Positions 50,639-63,783 of a DNA stretch of 64,000 bases are shown here, one piece after another. The notes under the pieces were generated by a model. It searched no databases and had not been told where the DNA came from. It worked only from the letters and a program-made list of their open reading frames with translations. The DNA is from Eledone cirrhosa (lineage: Eukaryota), in assembly GCA_964016885.1 (NCBI GenBank), contig OZ024742.1, forward strand, positions 339,574,001-339,638,000. The letters run 5' to 3'. Position 1 is the first letter of the stretch. Every line of letters starts with the position of its first letter. Made by a program: the position numbers and the translations under genes.

Positions 50639-53600
50639 ATCAATTGAGAGTTGGCTGTTTGAACGCGCGTGGCCTGGGCTCAGCTTGGAAGCAAGCAAAG
50701 CTTCTAAGTGACCTCAGGTCACAAAGTATAGATGTGATGGTTGTTTGCGAGAGTCGGATCAGCAGCGTGAGACAGCTGGCGCCCGCCTTCGATGACTTTG
50801 AGATGCACGCATCTCTCTGTCAACCCGGAGGCGGGGGGGGGGGGGGAGTTGCCGTACTGCTGGATAAACGTCTGACTCTCGACGTACAGATTGTTCACTC
50901 GGACCCGGGGGGTCGATTACTGGTGCTGGACGTCGGAGGCGGCGGGGCTTTCAGACTGGTCGGTCTTTATGCTCCCGTCGGGGCGGAAAGAGCCGACTTC
51001 TTCCAGCGTCTGGAGACTTTTCTAGGAACGTCGCGTTCCCTGCTTTTAGTGGGGGACTGGAATGGAATCCTAGATGCGCGTTGGGACTATGCAGGGGCAT
51101 GTCCCGATAGAGGGGGGTGTAGCAGCCTCAAGGGGTTACTCGATCGATTCGACCTGGTCGATAGATTTCGACTAGATTGTCCAACTGCGCCAACCTGGAC
51201 CTGGGCAAACCGCAGTGGACAATCTAGATCGTACCTAGATAGGTTTTTGGTTAGGAGTAAGGATAGGGACGTATTTAGTTATCCAGAACTGATCATGGTT
51301 GGCTATTCAGATCACAAATTAGTGACTTGCGTGGTCAACCTTGATAGAACGCATAGACAGGGTCCCGGTTACTGGAAGATGAACTTGTCCTTACCGACAA
51401 AGAAAGATTACAGAAACCGGATTAGTAGCTTAGTTAAGATGCGGTTGACGGGAGCGATCGTCAACAGTAGGTGGTGGGTATCTCTAAAGAGAGAGATTAG
51501 AGTAAGTTCGATAGGTTACAGTAAGGAACTAGCGGCGAATAGAAATAGGAGGGAAAGGAGTTAACAGATAAACTAGAAGAGGCGATTAGGAGCGGAGACG
51601 TAGCCAGAGTGTTAGCGACGAGAACGGCATTGAGCCAGTTCTTTGACGCGAAGCACGAAGGCTGCGTTGTCCGAAGTAAAATACGTGCTTTAGGAAACGA
51701 GGGGACCAAAGCTGTTAGCTGGGCCCGCGTGACAGAAGCCAAGAGTGGGATTAAATCCACCATTCGGTCTTTGCGAGATCAGGATGGACGGGTGATCCTT
51801 GAACCTGAGCGAATGTGCGAGACCTTTCAAAGGCACTTTGCTCGACTGTTCGGAGGTGGCGGGGGGCCGGACGGGGATGTGGACTTCGGTCCATACCTCG
51901 ACGGTCTACCGCGTCTTTCGAGCGGCGAAGCGGAGTGCTGCGAAAGGCCAATCACAGCCACTGAAATCGGGGAAGCGCTCAGCCAATGCAGCAGACGCAA
52001 ATCCCCGGGTCTCGATGGTCTACCATACGAACTTTATTTAGCTATGCCGGTCTTGTTCTCCGAACTCCTCGAGGCTGTCTATTGCAACTGGCAACAGAAC
52101 GGGAGAATTCCCTGTTCTGTGACCAAGGGCGTGGTCACGCTAGTGAGGAAGGACGAGAGCAAGGGGGACGACTTAAGTAACTTTAGGCCCATAACTCTGC
52201 TGAATGCAGAGTTACAGATTTTGGCCAAGGTGTTGGCGAAGAGGTTGGCGCTTGTGGTGGGTGGTTTGGTGGGAGACGCGCAGACATGCGCTATCCCGTC
52301 CAGGTCCATTCACGACAACCTCCACCTCATGCGATACATCATAGAGAGGGTTGGCTACGAACCCGGCTTTGGTGGGGCCCTGATCAACTTGGATCAATCT
52401 AAGGCGTTCGATAGGGTCGACCATGGTTACCTGGATGCGGTGCTAGCGGCGGCGGGCTTCGGACCCGTTTTCAGGGACTGGATTTCTGCCATGCACAGTG
52501 GCAACATCTACTCTAGGATTAAAGTAAACGGCTACCTCTCGGAGCCGTTTCAAATCACCCGATCCATCAGACAGGGGTGCCCCCTCTCCTCCCTTCTGTA
52601 CGTATTGACTCTCGAGCCACTGCTGCGGAAGTTGGAGTTGCTGCGGGGCATACCCCTGGAACCGGGATTGCACAAAGCGGTCTCGGCCTATGCCGACGAC
52701 GTAACAGTAATGGTGGCGGACGCCTCGGAAATCGGGGCGATCGCCACCCTACTGGAGGAATACGAAAGGCTGACGGGGGCTAAGCTGAACAAGGACAAGT
52801 CAGTCGGTTTGCAACTCGGAACGTGGAGGGGCAAACCGATGCCGTTAGACGGTGTCGTCGGGCGGTGGACGGAGGGCCCGGTGAAGCTGCTCGGGGTCTG
52901 GTTCGGACCGGACCTCCAGGTGGAGAAGAATTGGGGCGAGGTGACGAGCAGGGTGTTTGCGCTGACCCAGAAGTGGGCCAAGTGCAAACTATCACTGAAA
53001 GGTCGGGCGGAGGTGACGAACGCTTACATAGCGTCCGTCATCTACTACCGCCTGACCGTCGTGCCTTGCCCCAAGGAAAAGCTCACCATCATGGAACGCA
53101 TGCTCTTCCAGTTCCTCTGGAAGAAGCGGCCTCCCACGGTGAGGAGATCCATCTGCTGCCAGCACCCTTCGAAAGGAGGGCTGGGTATGCCGTGGCTGTT
53201 GATGCGTAGGCACGCATTGAGGCTACGGCATCTACAGGTATTCCTCAACGGTCAGCCGGTGTGGGCCCCGTTTGTGAGGCGAGCCTTCCCACAGCTCGTC
53301 TCGCTCACCGAACTGCAATCCTGGGTGAAGCAAAGACCGAGAAAACTGGGCAACTGGCACACTGAGTGTGCCCAGGCGCTCACGGCTATCTGGCAAGCGG
53401 ACCCGACTGTCAGTGGAGAATCCACCTCGACATTCTATAGATGGTTGGTGGCTAGCAGGGGCGACGACACCCTTGGAGAGTCGCTAGGCATGGAGGAGGA
53501 CGAACTGGCCAGCCTGTTCGGTAGAACTTTCGGCCCGGGACCCATGGACAACTTCCAGAGGTCCCTAGCCTGGCAGTGTTACCGGGGGGCTCTGCCCGTT

Positions 53601-54071
53601 CGAGAAAAGCTCTACAGACACGGGCGCCCGGGCAGGGATCCCGCGAAAAAGATCTGTCCCAGATGCGTGCGCGACGAGGAAACCGTTGCGCATGCACTGG
53701 TACACTGCCCGGGCGTTGCCGATCTGTGGGGCTACGTCGAACGACTGCTGTCGCGTGTGGCGCCGATTCGATTAACCGCCGAGTCTGTGGTGAACATCAA
53801 GCCGCCTCCTCCCTTCAGAAATGAAGCAGAGGCGGTCTTTCTGTGCGTAATAGCCATGATGAAAGAGGTTGTGTGGTGGACGCGCCTGAAAGGTCTGAGG
53901 TCGGGTGACTTTCTCTCCGGCCATCACCTGGTTTACTTCTTCCGATACTACTTCGGAAGAAGAATCAGGATGGAGAGAGAAGTGCTTGGTCCCAGACAGT
54001 TTTATGAAAGGTGGGTGAAAGAAGCGAGAATGGCCCGTGTAAATGGGCCTTCTCTCTACATTGTTCTGTAG
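50635..54071 (+). pseudogene. LINE ORF2 (APE-RT-CCHC) with a single frameshift at ~51555
   Basis: 306-aa APE frame plus 820-aa RT frame containing all motifs. Confidence 0.93.
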
Positions 54072-54457
54072 GTGAAGAAGTGAAGAGGAAAGGGGGAGCG
54101 CCTCCTCTCTGGGCTTCCCCCGCGAAAAGAGTTGCACACTTTTCGGGGGTATGTGCAATCCCCAACACGCCCCCTCCCTTTTGAGGACTTTTTATTGTTA
54201 TATTATTATTGTTATTCCTTTTTTCTTTACTCGATTTATGTAAACTCCCCCACTGTGTAAATGTCCCCTTCTTTTGTGCCCTCGTGGCAAATAAATAGAA
54301 ATTTATCTATCTATCTATATCTATTTTTTCTGTCCCTCTATCTGTCTCTCTGTCAATCTGTCTATCCTCGTCTCTTTCTCTCTCTTTCCTCCTCTATCTC
54401 CCTCATACGCTCTCTCCACCCATCTCTCTCTCTTTCCTCCTCTATCTCCCTCATACG

Positions 54458-54515
<58 letters not shown>

Positions 54516-54580
54516 ATGTGTGCATCTATATATGTATGGGAGAGTGCGTGCATGTATTTTGGTATACGCACACACACACG

Positions 54581-54690
<110 letters not shown>

Positions 54691-54923
54691 CAATAAAAGA
54701 AATTCACAGATACATGCGAATACATACATATACATGCATATACACACATATAACCCTGAATTTATGTGGTGCCAACCTTAACCGATGTTGCTCTATGATT
54801 AATAGGGACAAAATAATCTGAATGAATTAGATTGACTCAATATCAGAGCTATATAATATATTATAAAGAAAGAAGAAACATTAGACATAAATAAAAACAT
54901 ATAGATATCTAATATTCTTCGAC

Positions 54924-55017
54924 ATCCTCGACTGCGGAGTTTCGTGGCTACTTTGCAAAAACATTGCATCATAGAGATGCAGTATTTTTGTGAGGTTTGC
55001 CAACTTATCAAGAGAAT
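54924..55017 (-). ncRNA. Hammerhead ribozyme, U3-A8 variant (mirror copy)
   Basis: Stem I ATTCTC/GAGGAT, TTGATAA, GAAACT..AGTC. Confidence 0.7.
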
Positions 55018-55512
55018 ACCTCATTTAAAGTTTCAAAACGCATCCGCAAGGCGTGAGAGAGAATTCCGGAAAGGCAGAGGGGGAACTTATCACGTGATAC
55101 ATCGGTCAAGAAACAGAGTTAAGCCTCTTACAACCAAGAGAAAAATACCACAAATGGCGGAGGGGACAGTAATATCTAGGCTACAGACGAGGTGGCTAAG
55201 GAGAACTAGAAGTGTAAATAGTGTAAGCTTGACAGCAGTCACTATATACTTCCATGGTTACTCTACCGTAGGGAGTTATAGACAATAAAAAGAAATACAC
55301 AGATACATGCGAATACATACATATACATGCATATATACACACATATATCCCTGAATTTGTGTGGTGCCAACCTTAACCGATGTTGCTCTATGATTAATAG
55401 GGACAAAATAATCTGAATGAATTAGATTGACTCAATATCAGAGCTATATAATACATTATAAAGAAAGAAGAAACATTAGACATGCGGACGTGTTTGAAAC
55501 TTTAAATGAGGT

Positions 55513-55606
55513 ATTGTCTTGATAAGTTGGCAAACCTCACAAAAATACTGCATCTCTATGATGCAATATTTTTGCAAAGTAGCCACGAAACTGTGCAGTC
55601 GAGGAT
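55513..55606 (+). ncRNA. Hammerhead ribozyme, U3-A8 core variant
   Basis: TTGATAA core; stem II TGGC/GCCA extended by AAAAATA/TATTTTT and TGCATC/GATGCA; GAA-ACTG(tg)CAGT-C; stem I pairs with GAGGAT. Confidence 0.7.
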
Positions 55607-55695
55607 GTCGAAGAATATTAGGTATCTATATTTTTTTATTTATGTCTAATGTTTCTTCTTTCTTTATAATGTATTATATATATATATATATATAT

Positions 55696-56430
55696 ATAAA
55701 TGAGAGGTATAGAGATTGTTTTAGCGAGAAGCTAACAGCATTCTATAACATATATGCGACTATAACATCAAGATGGGAAAAGTAGTTAACGTAAGATTTA
55801 GGAAAAATAACTTAAACTCATCTCAAAAGAGAATCATGATACAAATTCATCCACAGAATTTAGTGCAATCCAGGGAAAAATCAATAGACCTTTAACTCAT
55901 GATAAAATAAAGTTCAAAACACTTATCCTTCAATTTGGAATAACATCAAATGCTCTGTATAGTCTTAAAAGATTATTTCATGAAAACTTTCAGTGGAGAT
56001 GGTCACGGTTGGATTTCATTCATCAGCAGAGCTCAGCCGAAAACCAGGGCTCTCACAGTATTATAATCCGAAAAAGGGAATTCTAAAACTGGCTAGTTCG
56101 CCAACATGTGTAGTTATGAAAAAGCACATGGGGAAAAATGGGGCTAGTGACGTCAGGATGTAAGTGAATGTTTATTTACAAGAAATAGCATTCAAATACA
56201 TTCTGAAAAAAACTCTACAAAAGGAGTTCAGCAAAAATAGCAATAATTATCACAGTTTTTATGAAAAAAAACCGGGATTAGTCACAGATAGTTTAAGCAC
56301 TCTAGGAAAAGAATCCGAGTATAAATATAAATGAGAGGTATAGAGATTGTTTTAGCGAGAAGCTAACAGCATTCTATAACATATATGCGACTATAACGTC
56401 AAGATGGGAAAAGTAGTTAACGTAAGATAT
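55696..56430. repeat. Segment bounded by ~103-bp direct repeats (55696-55798, 56326-56430)
   Basis: ATAAATGAGAGGTATAGAG..GTTAACGTAAGAT occurs twice. There is a degenerate minus-strand CTGATGA..GAAA at 55985-56030. Confidence 0.8.
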
Positions 56431-56450
56431 ATATATATATATATATATAT

Positions 56451-56652
56451 AGGAAAAATGTTCAAGACCCCAACGACAAAGCTCAAGCCGCTTGGACGGC
56501 TACTTCTGGAGTTCAGAAATAGCCGTCTAAACGGCTTGAGCTCTGCCGTTGGGGTCTTGAACATTTTCCTATTACCCACTCTACTACCATAAGTATTGAG
56601 TACTCTGGTGCGTTATGGTCCATCTGGTTCCTTACCACACTTCTTTCGTTAT
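56451..56652 (-). repeat. Hairpin-ended repeat family copy
   Basis: Palindrome 56451-56570 plus stalk; reverse complement of 35102-35302. Confidence 0.9.
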
Positions 56653-56687
56653 ATATATATATACATGCACACGCGCGCAAACACACA

Positions 56688-56715
<28 letters not shown>

Positions 56716-56718
<3 letters not shown>

Positions 56719-57321
56719 GGCGGGTAAAATTCCCGAGATCCATGGACGAGTTCTCTCCAGCGGTCTCTGTCCCTCATTATCGCTGCCATGTCCTGCGTCT
56801 CCAACAGACCAGTGTCTGTCCTTAGGGCATCAACATACGTTAACCTTGGTCTTCCTCTTCCAGTGTGTCCATATAGGGGCTCCCACAGGAGCACTGAGTG
56901 CAATGTCAACTCTGGATGTCGGTGAGGGGATCACTAATGTAGGCGGGATGCCGTTAGAATTGGTTGAAGACTTCCTGTATTTGGGAGCAAAGATTGGGAA
57001 TACGGAAGATGATGTGGTTGAGAGGAAGAGCAAAGCCTGGGCGGCGTGCCACAGCTTGAGATTGGTGTGGAAGTCGGACCTTCGTAAAGACCTGCCACTT
57101 CATTGCTGTAGTGGAGTCTGTGCTGCTGTACGGGTCTGAGACTTGGACACTGACCAAGAAACTCACTCAGATGGTGGATGGGTGCTACACGAGAATGCTG
57201 AACATTAATCAGTATACACTGAGGATGAAAAACTTAGAGCTGTATGGGAGCCTCCCAAAAGTCAGTTCAAAAGTGACACAGAGGAGACTGAGGTTAGCTG
57301 GACATGTTCACCGACATCAAG

Positions 57322-57325
<4 letters not shown>
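56716..57325 (-). mobile_element. RTE-clade LINE 3' fragment with an inverted 5' segment
   Basis: Plus strand: FLYLG..KAWAA..ESVLLYGSETWTLT..RRLRLAGHV. Minus strand: the continuation LLWEP..GRGRPRLTY..DRDRWR. Confidence 0.88.
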
Positions 57326-57385
<60 letters not shown>

Positions 57386-57541
57386 TTGAAATAAAATGAA
57401 AACGAAATTTCATTTCTCACTCTTAGTACGGCACTTACTTAAATGTAAGCTCACTCGATATGCAAATTAGGCTGCTCAGCCGTTAATTTTCATAAGGAAA
57501 GTATATACTTTCGAACGTTCAACTATCTGGCAGATGGGTAT

Positions 57542-57584
57542 ACGGTGCTGATGATAGCTAACAAGCTTGAAACTAGTACATCGT
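57542..57584 (+). ncRNA. Canonical minimal type I hammerhead ribozyme
   Basis: ACGGTG-CTGATGA-tAGCT(aaca)AGCTt-GAA-ACTAGT-A-CATCGT: 6-bp stem I, palindromic stem III, GUA site. Confidence 0.82.
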
Positions 57585-57709
57585 TCCTGTGTCAGTGTTG
57601 AACAAAAAGGTGACGTGGTTGCCTTAACACCGTACGGCATAAAAATTCACGCTGTTCAGTTTGTTTACAAACGAACAAAGCGGCGTTATAATAAGCGTCC
57701 GCTAAACTG

Positions 57710-58210
<501 letters not shown>

Positions 58211-58684
58211 TATCACGCGAGAAATGCATATCATAAACCGATCTGACGATGGTGGTGGGGGTGGGGGTGATGTTGGTGGCGGTGGTGGTGGTGGTGGCGG
58301 ATTGATTAAGCTGTAATTGGTGTGTGGTTTAGGTGGTGTGGTAGGAGTAGTGTAGGGTGGCGTCTCGTTAAGTGGTGCTGACTGTGGCGTGGCTTTGTAT
58401 GGTATACCTATCTCGTTTGCTCGCCAACCGTATTCATACAAAACATGTGTGGCATACATATTATAGTGTGTCGGGTAGATGGATGGGGTGTAAGTGTGTG
58501 TGTGTGTGTGTATGAGTGTGTGTGTGTGGTGTATGTGTGAGAGGGTGTATAGGTGTAATTGGAGGTGTGGCGATTTCTTTTTTTGTTTTCATGTGTGTGT
58601 ATATGCAAACACACTCACACATGTATGTATGTATATATGGATGGATGTGTGTATGTATGTATGTATCTCTCTCTCTATATATAT

Positions 58685-58770
<86 letters not shown>

Positions 58771-58822
58771 CTGTATGTATGTATGTCTTTATCTATGTCT
58801 GTCTGTCTGTCTGTATGTATGC

Positions 58823-58893
<71 letters not shown>

Positions 58894-59124
58894 CGGGAGG
58901 CGGTCGAGTGTGTCACTGAAGAGTATTTCGAGTTATTGTTTGTGTGAGATTGGTGGAGGATCTATTGTTCCACAGGTGTGCTCATTAAAGATGTCTGGAG
59001 CTGATGATGGCGACGAAAGTAATGATGATGATGACTAGCTGAGGAGGAGGGGGAGGAAGAGGAGTAGGTGATATAGGCAATGGCGATGATCAAGGTGGTG
59101 GTTATGATGACAATGATTATAAAG

Positions 59125-59320
59125 AAATGGTAGGTTGGCAGAAAGGTTAGAGCGTCGTTCTGGCTCTTTACGTTCTGAGTTCAAATCCCGCCATTGTTAT
59201 CTTTTCTTGTCATCCTTACGGGGTCGATAACATAAAGTACCAGTAATGCACTGGGGTCAATTTAGTCGATTTTTCTCTACTCCTAAAATTGCTGGCCTTG
59301 TGCTTAAAGTAGAAATAATT
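59125..59320 (+). mobile_element. tRNA-derived SINE, near complete
   Basis: A-box-like TGGCAGAAAGG, B-box GTTCAAATCC, body GGGGTCGATAA..GTACCAG..TGCTGGCCTTGTGC. Confidence 0.8.
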
Positions 59321-59429
59321 CGTCGCCATCTTTTTGGAGCTTTACAGCTTTGAAATTCTAATTTATAAATGAAATTATAAATTTAAAACGACATGTCGTC
59401 TGGCAGAGCCGATATGGATAATTCAGTTC

Positions 59430-59880
59430 TAATGAATCTCCTCATACGCACTGAAGACCAAGTAACTATCCACGAACTGTGCCCCACCGTGAAAACATAA
59501 AACAAAATCTATGAGACTGGTGGTAAACAGAAGAACAACTAGCTGCTATAGCTGTGGGAGTAAGGGCCATGAGTAGGCCCTCAGCTAGTTAGAGCTATTT
59601 GAAGGTAATTTGAGGCCCTTCTGACAGAAAGAACTATTTCAGAGCTCCCTGACTGGAAAAGAACAGCAAGGAGAGTCATAACAAATAGCGAAGACCCAGA
59701 GATGTACCTCCCAACCAAAGGTGTGGAGTTTGCTTCCTCCCTTTTCATCTTTTCTATTAATATTTAATTTTTCTTTCTCCTCCCTGTTTTTCTCTCCCTT
59801 TTTTTTCTATTTCTGTTCATTATTTTCAATTATATTTTTAATACTTTCATTATTGTATGCCTCTCTTTGCTAATAAATAA
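59430..59880 (+). pseudogene. Highly decayed Tx1-type ORF1 knuckle fragment with a possible LINE 3' end
   Basis: SMRLVVNRRTTSCYSCGSKGHE* resembles IDIIVEGRRPACYLCMERGH of ORF1. A pyrimidine-rich stretch ends in GCTAATAAA at ~59870. Confidence 0.5.
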
Positions 59881-60589
59881 TTCGTTTTAGTATTGCCTAA
59901 AAGTCTATCATTACCAGAAAATATCTCTCCAGACGATTTGGGATGTTACATGCTCGTTGCACTGAATTTCTTTCTCTCTTTAATGTATCACCTCTCTCTC
60001 TCTCTCTCATTCTCTCCCTTTCTTCGTCTTTGACTCTGTTTCTTTATCCTTTTAATATATATCATCCTTCCCTCTCCAACACACACACACGCGCACTCTC
60101 ACTCTCACTCCCCGTATTCCTCCTTCTCTATCTCTATCTCCTTCTCCCTATTTTTCTATTCTTCTTTTTCTTCATCTCTCTCTCTCTCACTCTCTCTCTC
60201 TATATATTTATCTATCTATCTATCTATCTATCTATATATCTATATATCTATCTATTTCCCTTCTTTATTTATCTATCACTCTCTTCTCCCCCCTCTCTCT
60301 CTCCTTATCTCTTTAGCCGTTTTGTATCTTCCTCAGTCACACTTTCTCCCTTTCTTTCTCTCCCTGTCCCACTCTCCCCTATTATCTCCACAATCTTCAT
60401 CCTCCTTTTCAAGCCACACACCGCCATTACCCCTCCTCCTCCTCTCTCTCTCACACACTCAGACCTCTCCCTTTCTCTTCCACTCCCTCTCGCACCTGCT
60501 TTCTCTCTCTCACTTATATCTCTGTTTTTTCTTTCTCTTATTTCTCTCTTTCTATCTCTCTCTCCCTCCCTCACACACTCTCTCTCACA

Positions 60590-60626
<37 letters not shown>

Positions 60627-60794
60627 CACACACACACACACACCTACCTTATCAATTCTCTTTGTCACCTTTCTATATCAGAAACTAAAATACAGTCATC
60701 AACCTCAGTCAATGTCAGCCATACAAAAGACTTGAAAAAGCGATGCAAAATTCATGCAAAACTCTTTACAAAGCCGATAGACATATATAGAACA

Positions 60795-61235
60795 AAATAA
60801 CAATAATAAACATATTAAGAAAATAACATCAACAATAAACATATATAGAAACAAAATAACATCAACAATAAACATATATAGAAACAAAATAACATCAACA
60901 ATAAACATATATAGAAACAAAATAACATCAACAATAAACATATATAGAAACAAAATAACATCAATAATAAACATATATAGAAACAAAATAACATCAATAA
61001 TAAACATATATAGAAACAAAATAACATCAACAATAAACATATATAGAAACAAAATAACATCAACAATAAACATATATAGAAACAAAATAACATCAACAAT
61101 AAACATATATAGAAACAAAATAACATCAACAATAAACATATATAGAAACAAAATAACATCAACAATAAACATATATAGAAACAAAATAACATCAACAATA
61201 AACATATATAGAAACAAAATAACATCAATACTAAA
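60795..61235. repeat. 33-bp minisatellite AACATCAACAATAAACATATATAGAAACAAAAT, ~13 copies
   Basis: Near-perfect tandem copies. Confidence 0.96.
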
Positions 61236-61411
61236 CAATTATAAAAATAACAATAATAATAAGAAACAAAAAAAATAAAGAAACAAAATAGGAAAATAGT
61301 TTGTGATTTTTCATTTATATTCAAATTTATTTAGACCCTGTTTTCTGCATGGACCGCATGGACATTAATGGTCTCAATACTGGCTATTGAACGTTCATTG
61401 GTTTGTCATAA

Positions 61412-61413
61412 TA

Positions 61414-61470
<57 letters not shown>

Positions 61471-61641
61471 GCTGCTGCTACTGCTGCTGCTACTACTAAC
61501 TATTACTACTACAGACATTATTACTACCATTGATACTACTACTACTACTACTAGTACTACTACAGCTACTACTACTACTACTACTACTACTATTGATATT
61601 ACTACTACTACCACTGACATTACTACTACTACTACTGACAT

Positions 61642-61672
<31 letters not shown>
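61412..61672. repeat. (ACT)n microsatellite
   Basis: Directly visible. Confidence 0.95.
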
Positions 61673-61673
<1 letters not shown>

Positions 61674-61674
61674 A

Positions 61675-62715
61675 TGGTTTCTAATTTAGGTACATGGTCA
61701 TGGAGTTTTAGGGGAAGGGGACAAGTCAATTATATGGAACCATAAGTTGAGTGCTACTTTATTTTATTGTCCCCGGAAGGATGAAAGGCAAAGTTGACCT
61801 CTGCCCGATTTGAACTCAGAACCTAAAGAACCGGACAAATACCAGAAAGCAGTTTGACCGACGTTTTATGATTCTGTCATCTCAGATAAATATAATAATT
61901 ATTTCTTATAATTGTTTATACTTTTGGTACAAGGCCAGCAATTTGAAGGGAAGGGGGAAAAGTCGATTAAATCGACACCAGTAAGGTTGAAAGGCGAAGC
62001 TAGCCTCGGCGGGATTTGAACTCAGAAAGTAAAGGGCCGTAACTATGTACTGGAAAGCATGTTGTCTGCTGCTCTACTGATTCTGCTAATCCACCACGCT
62101 CACGTATCTAATAATTGTTTCTAATTTTGGCACAAGGCCAGCAATTACCCAGTGCATTACTGGTACTTTATTTTATCGACCCCGTAAGGATGAAATGCAA
62201 AGTTGACATCGGCGGGATTTGATCTCAGACCGTAAGGGAACGTAACTACGCTGGGAAGCATGGTATCCGACCCTTTACCTATACTGCCATTATTTCTTAT
62301 TTAGGTACAATGCCAACAATGTTTTGGGGAGGGGAAAGTCGATTATTTCAACCCAAGTACATTACTGGTACTTTATTTTAACGACTCTATAAGGATGAAA
62401 GGCAAAATTAACCTTGGCAGGATCCGAACACAGAACATAAAGGGCCGTAACTATATACTGCAAAGCATGGTGTTCGCTGCTCTACCGATACTGCCAATCC
62501 ACCATGCTCACGTTTCTAATAATTGTTTCTACTTTTGGCACAAGGCCAACAATTATCCCAGTGTATTACTGGTACTTTATTTTATCGACCTCGTAAGAAT
62601 GAAAGGCAAAGTTAACCTCTGCGTGATTTGAACTCAGACCATAAAGGGCCGTAACTCTTTGCTGCAAAGCATGGCGTCAGACTCTCAACCCATACTGCCA
62701 ATCCACCGTTTCTAA
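61675..62715 (-). mobile_element. Tandem cluster of about five SINE copies
   Basis: Repeated TTTCTA..GGCACAAGGCCA..GGATGAAAGGCAAAG..ATTTGAACTCAGA..CTGCCAATCCACC, all in the same orientation. Confidence 0.85.
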
Positions 62716-63320
62716 TAATAAGAATTATTTCTAATATTGATAAAGATGGTTTCTAATGCAGGTACAAGAGAGGAAAGTTGAATATATTGCCATTGTCCCC
62801 AGACCATATCACTATTCACTGATAGCGGAGCGGAATTGGCTGCCCGAAGGTGCAGACTTCACGAGATGGAGTGGTTGTTTCAGCATGTCTCCCTCACCGT
62901 CTTCTGGGGAAAATATTCACCATCCTGTCGGCCGGGACCCAGTGACGGAAGGTAAGTTAGTTGGAGATGGAGGATACTCGTTCGGACGTCACTTTTTCTC
63001 TATTTCATTTAAATTCTCTTCAAAACCATTTACATGTGAATTCTCACTGATTAAAACCTTGCTTCATTACTTGGCATGTGTTTTATTTTAGTGACATCAG
63101 AAGGAGGAAGGACAAAGTGAACTCAGCCGAATTTGAACTCAGAACGTAAAGAGCCCGAAAAAAATACTGTTGTAGTAATTGTTGTGGTTGTTACTCTACT
63201 TACCTGTCAAATATGGCGGTCTCGGTCCCCCACTCTCCTGTCTCAGAAAAAATACAAGAATATCTCAGGGTAGCATTCTAGATCCGAGGTAGTAAAGCTT
63301 TAGGTATTATCATGAATATA

Positions 63321-63510
63321 TACGAGGGAGTGCTCAAAAGTTTCCGGCCTTAAGGGTATCGCGAAAGGGTAGAGCTGTTACCTTCACAGGGGAGGTAGGA
63401 CCGCTGAAATAAGTGTGTGAATCTGAGATGAGAAATATGTTGAATAAAATCATAAATAACTGATTCTTCTGTATTTTCTTTTACCCAAACCCAGGAACAT
63501 TTCAGCACCC

Positions 63511-63516
<6 letters not shown>
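63321..63516 (+). mobile_element. Mariner-derived MITE / internally deleted element
   Basis: Imperfect TIRs TACGAGGGAGTGCTCAAAAGTTTCCGG / CCAGGAACATTTCAGCACCCCTCATA with TA flanks. A residual AAGTGTGTGAATCTG..TATGTTGAATAA resembles the mariner transposase end (KC....EYVE*). Confidence 0.75.
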
Positions 63517-63563
<47 letters not shown>

Positions 63564-63723
63564 AAGATGAAATCGAAAATGCAACTGGAGTCTTATTTTT
63601 TTTTTAAATATATATATTTATTTGGTTATATATATATTTATTTGGTTCCTTTACCGGTTTCGCAGTTCTTCTGCTTTTGAAAAGTAGAGTTGAGATGGAG
63701 GGTCTGTGGTTTTTCTCACATCT

Positions 63724-63783
<60 letters not shown>

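Larger units (their letters stand above)
48609..54303 (+). mobile_element. Full-length Tx1/L1-group LINE copy C, near-identical to B (offset ~5720 bp)
   Basis: Colinear with B from TGATAGAGTAAGACACG to AATAAATAGAAATT(TATC)n. Confidence 0.96.

Noticed and set aside
60705-61324. Hydrophobic 11-aa repeat membrane protein
   Set aside because: Translation of a 33-bp minisatellite, open in more than one frame.
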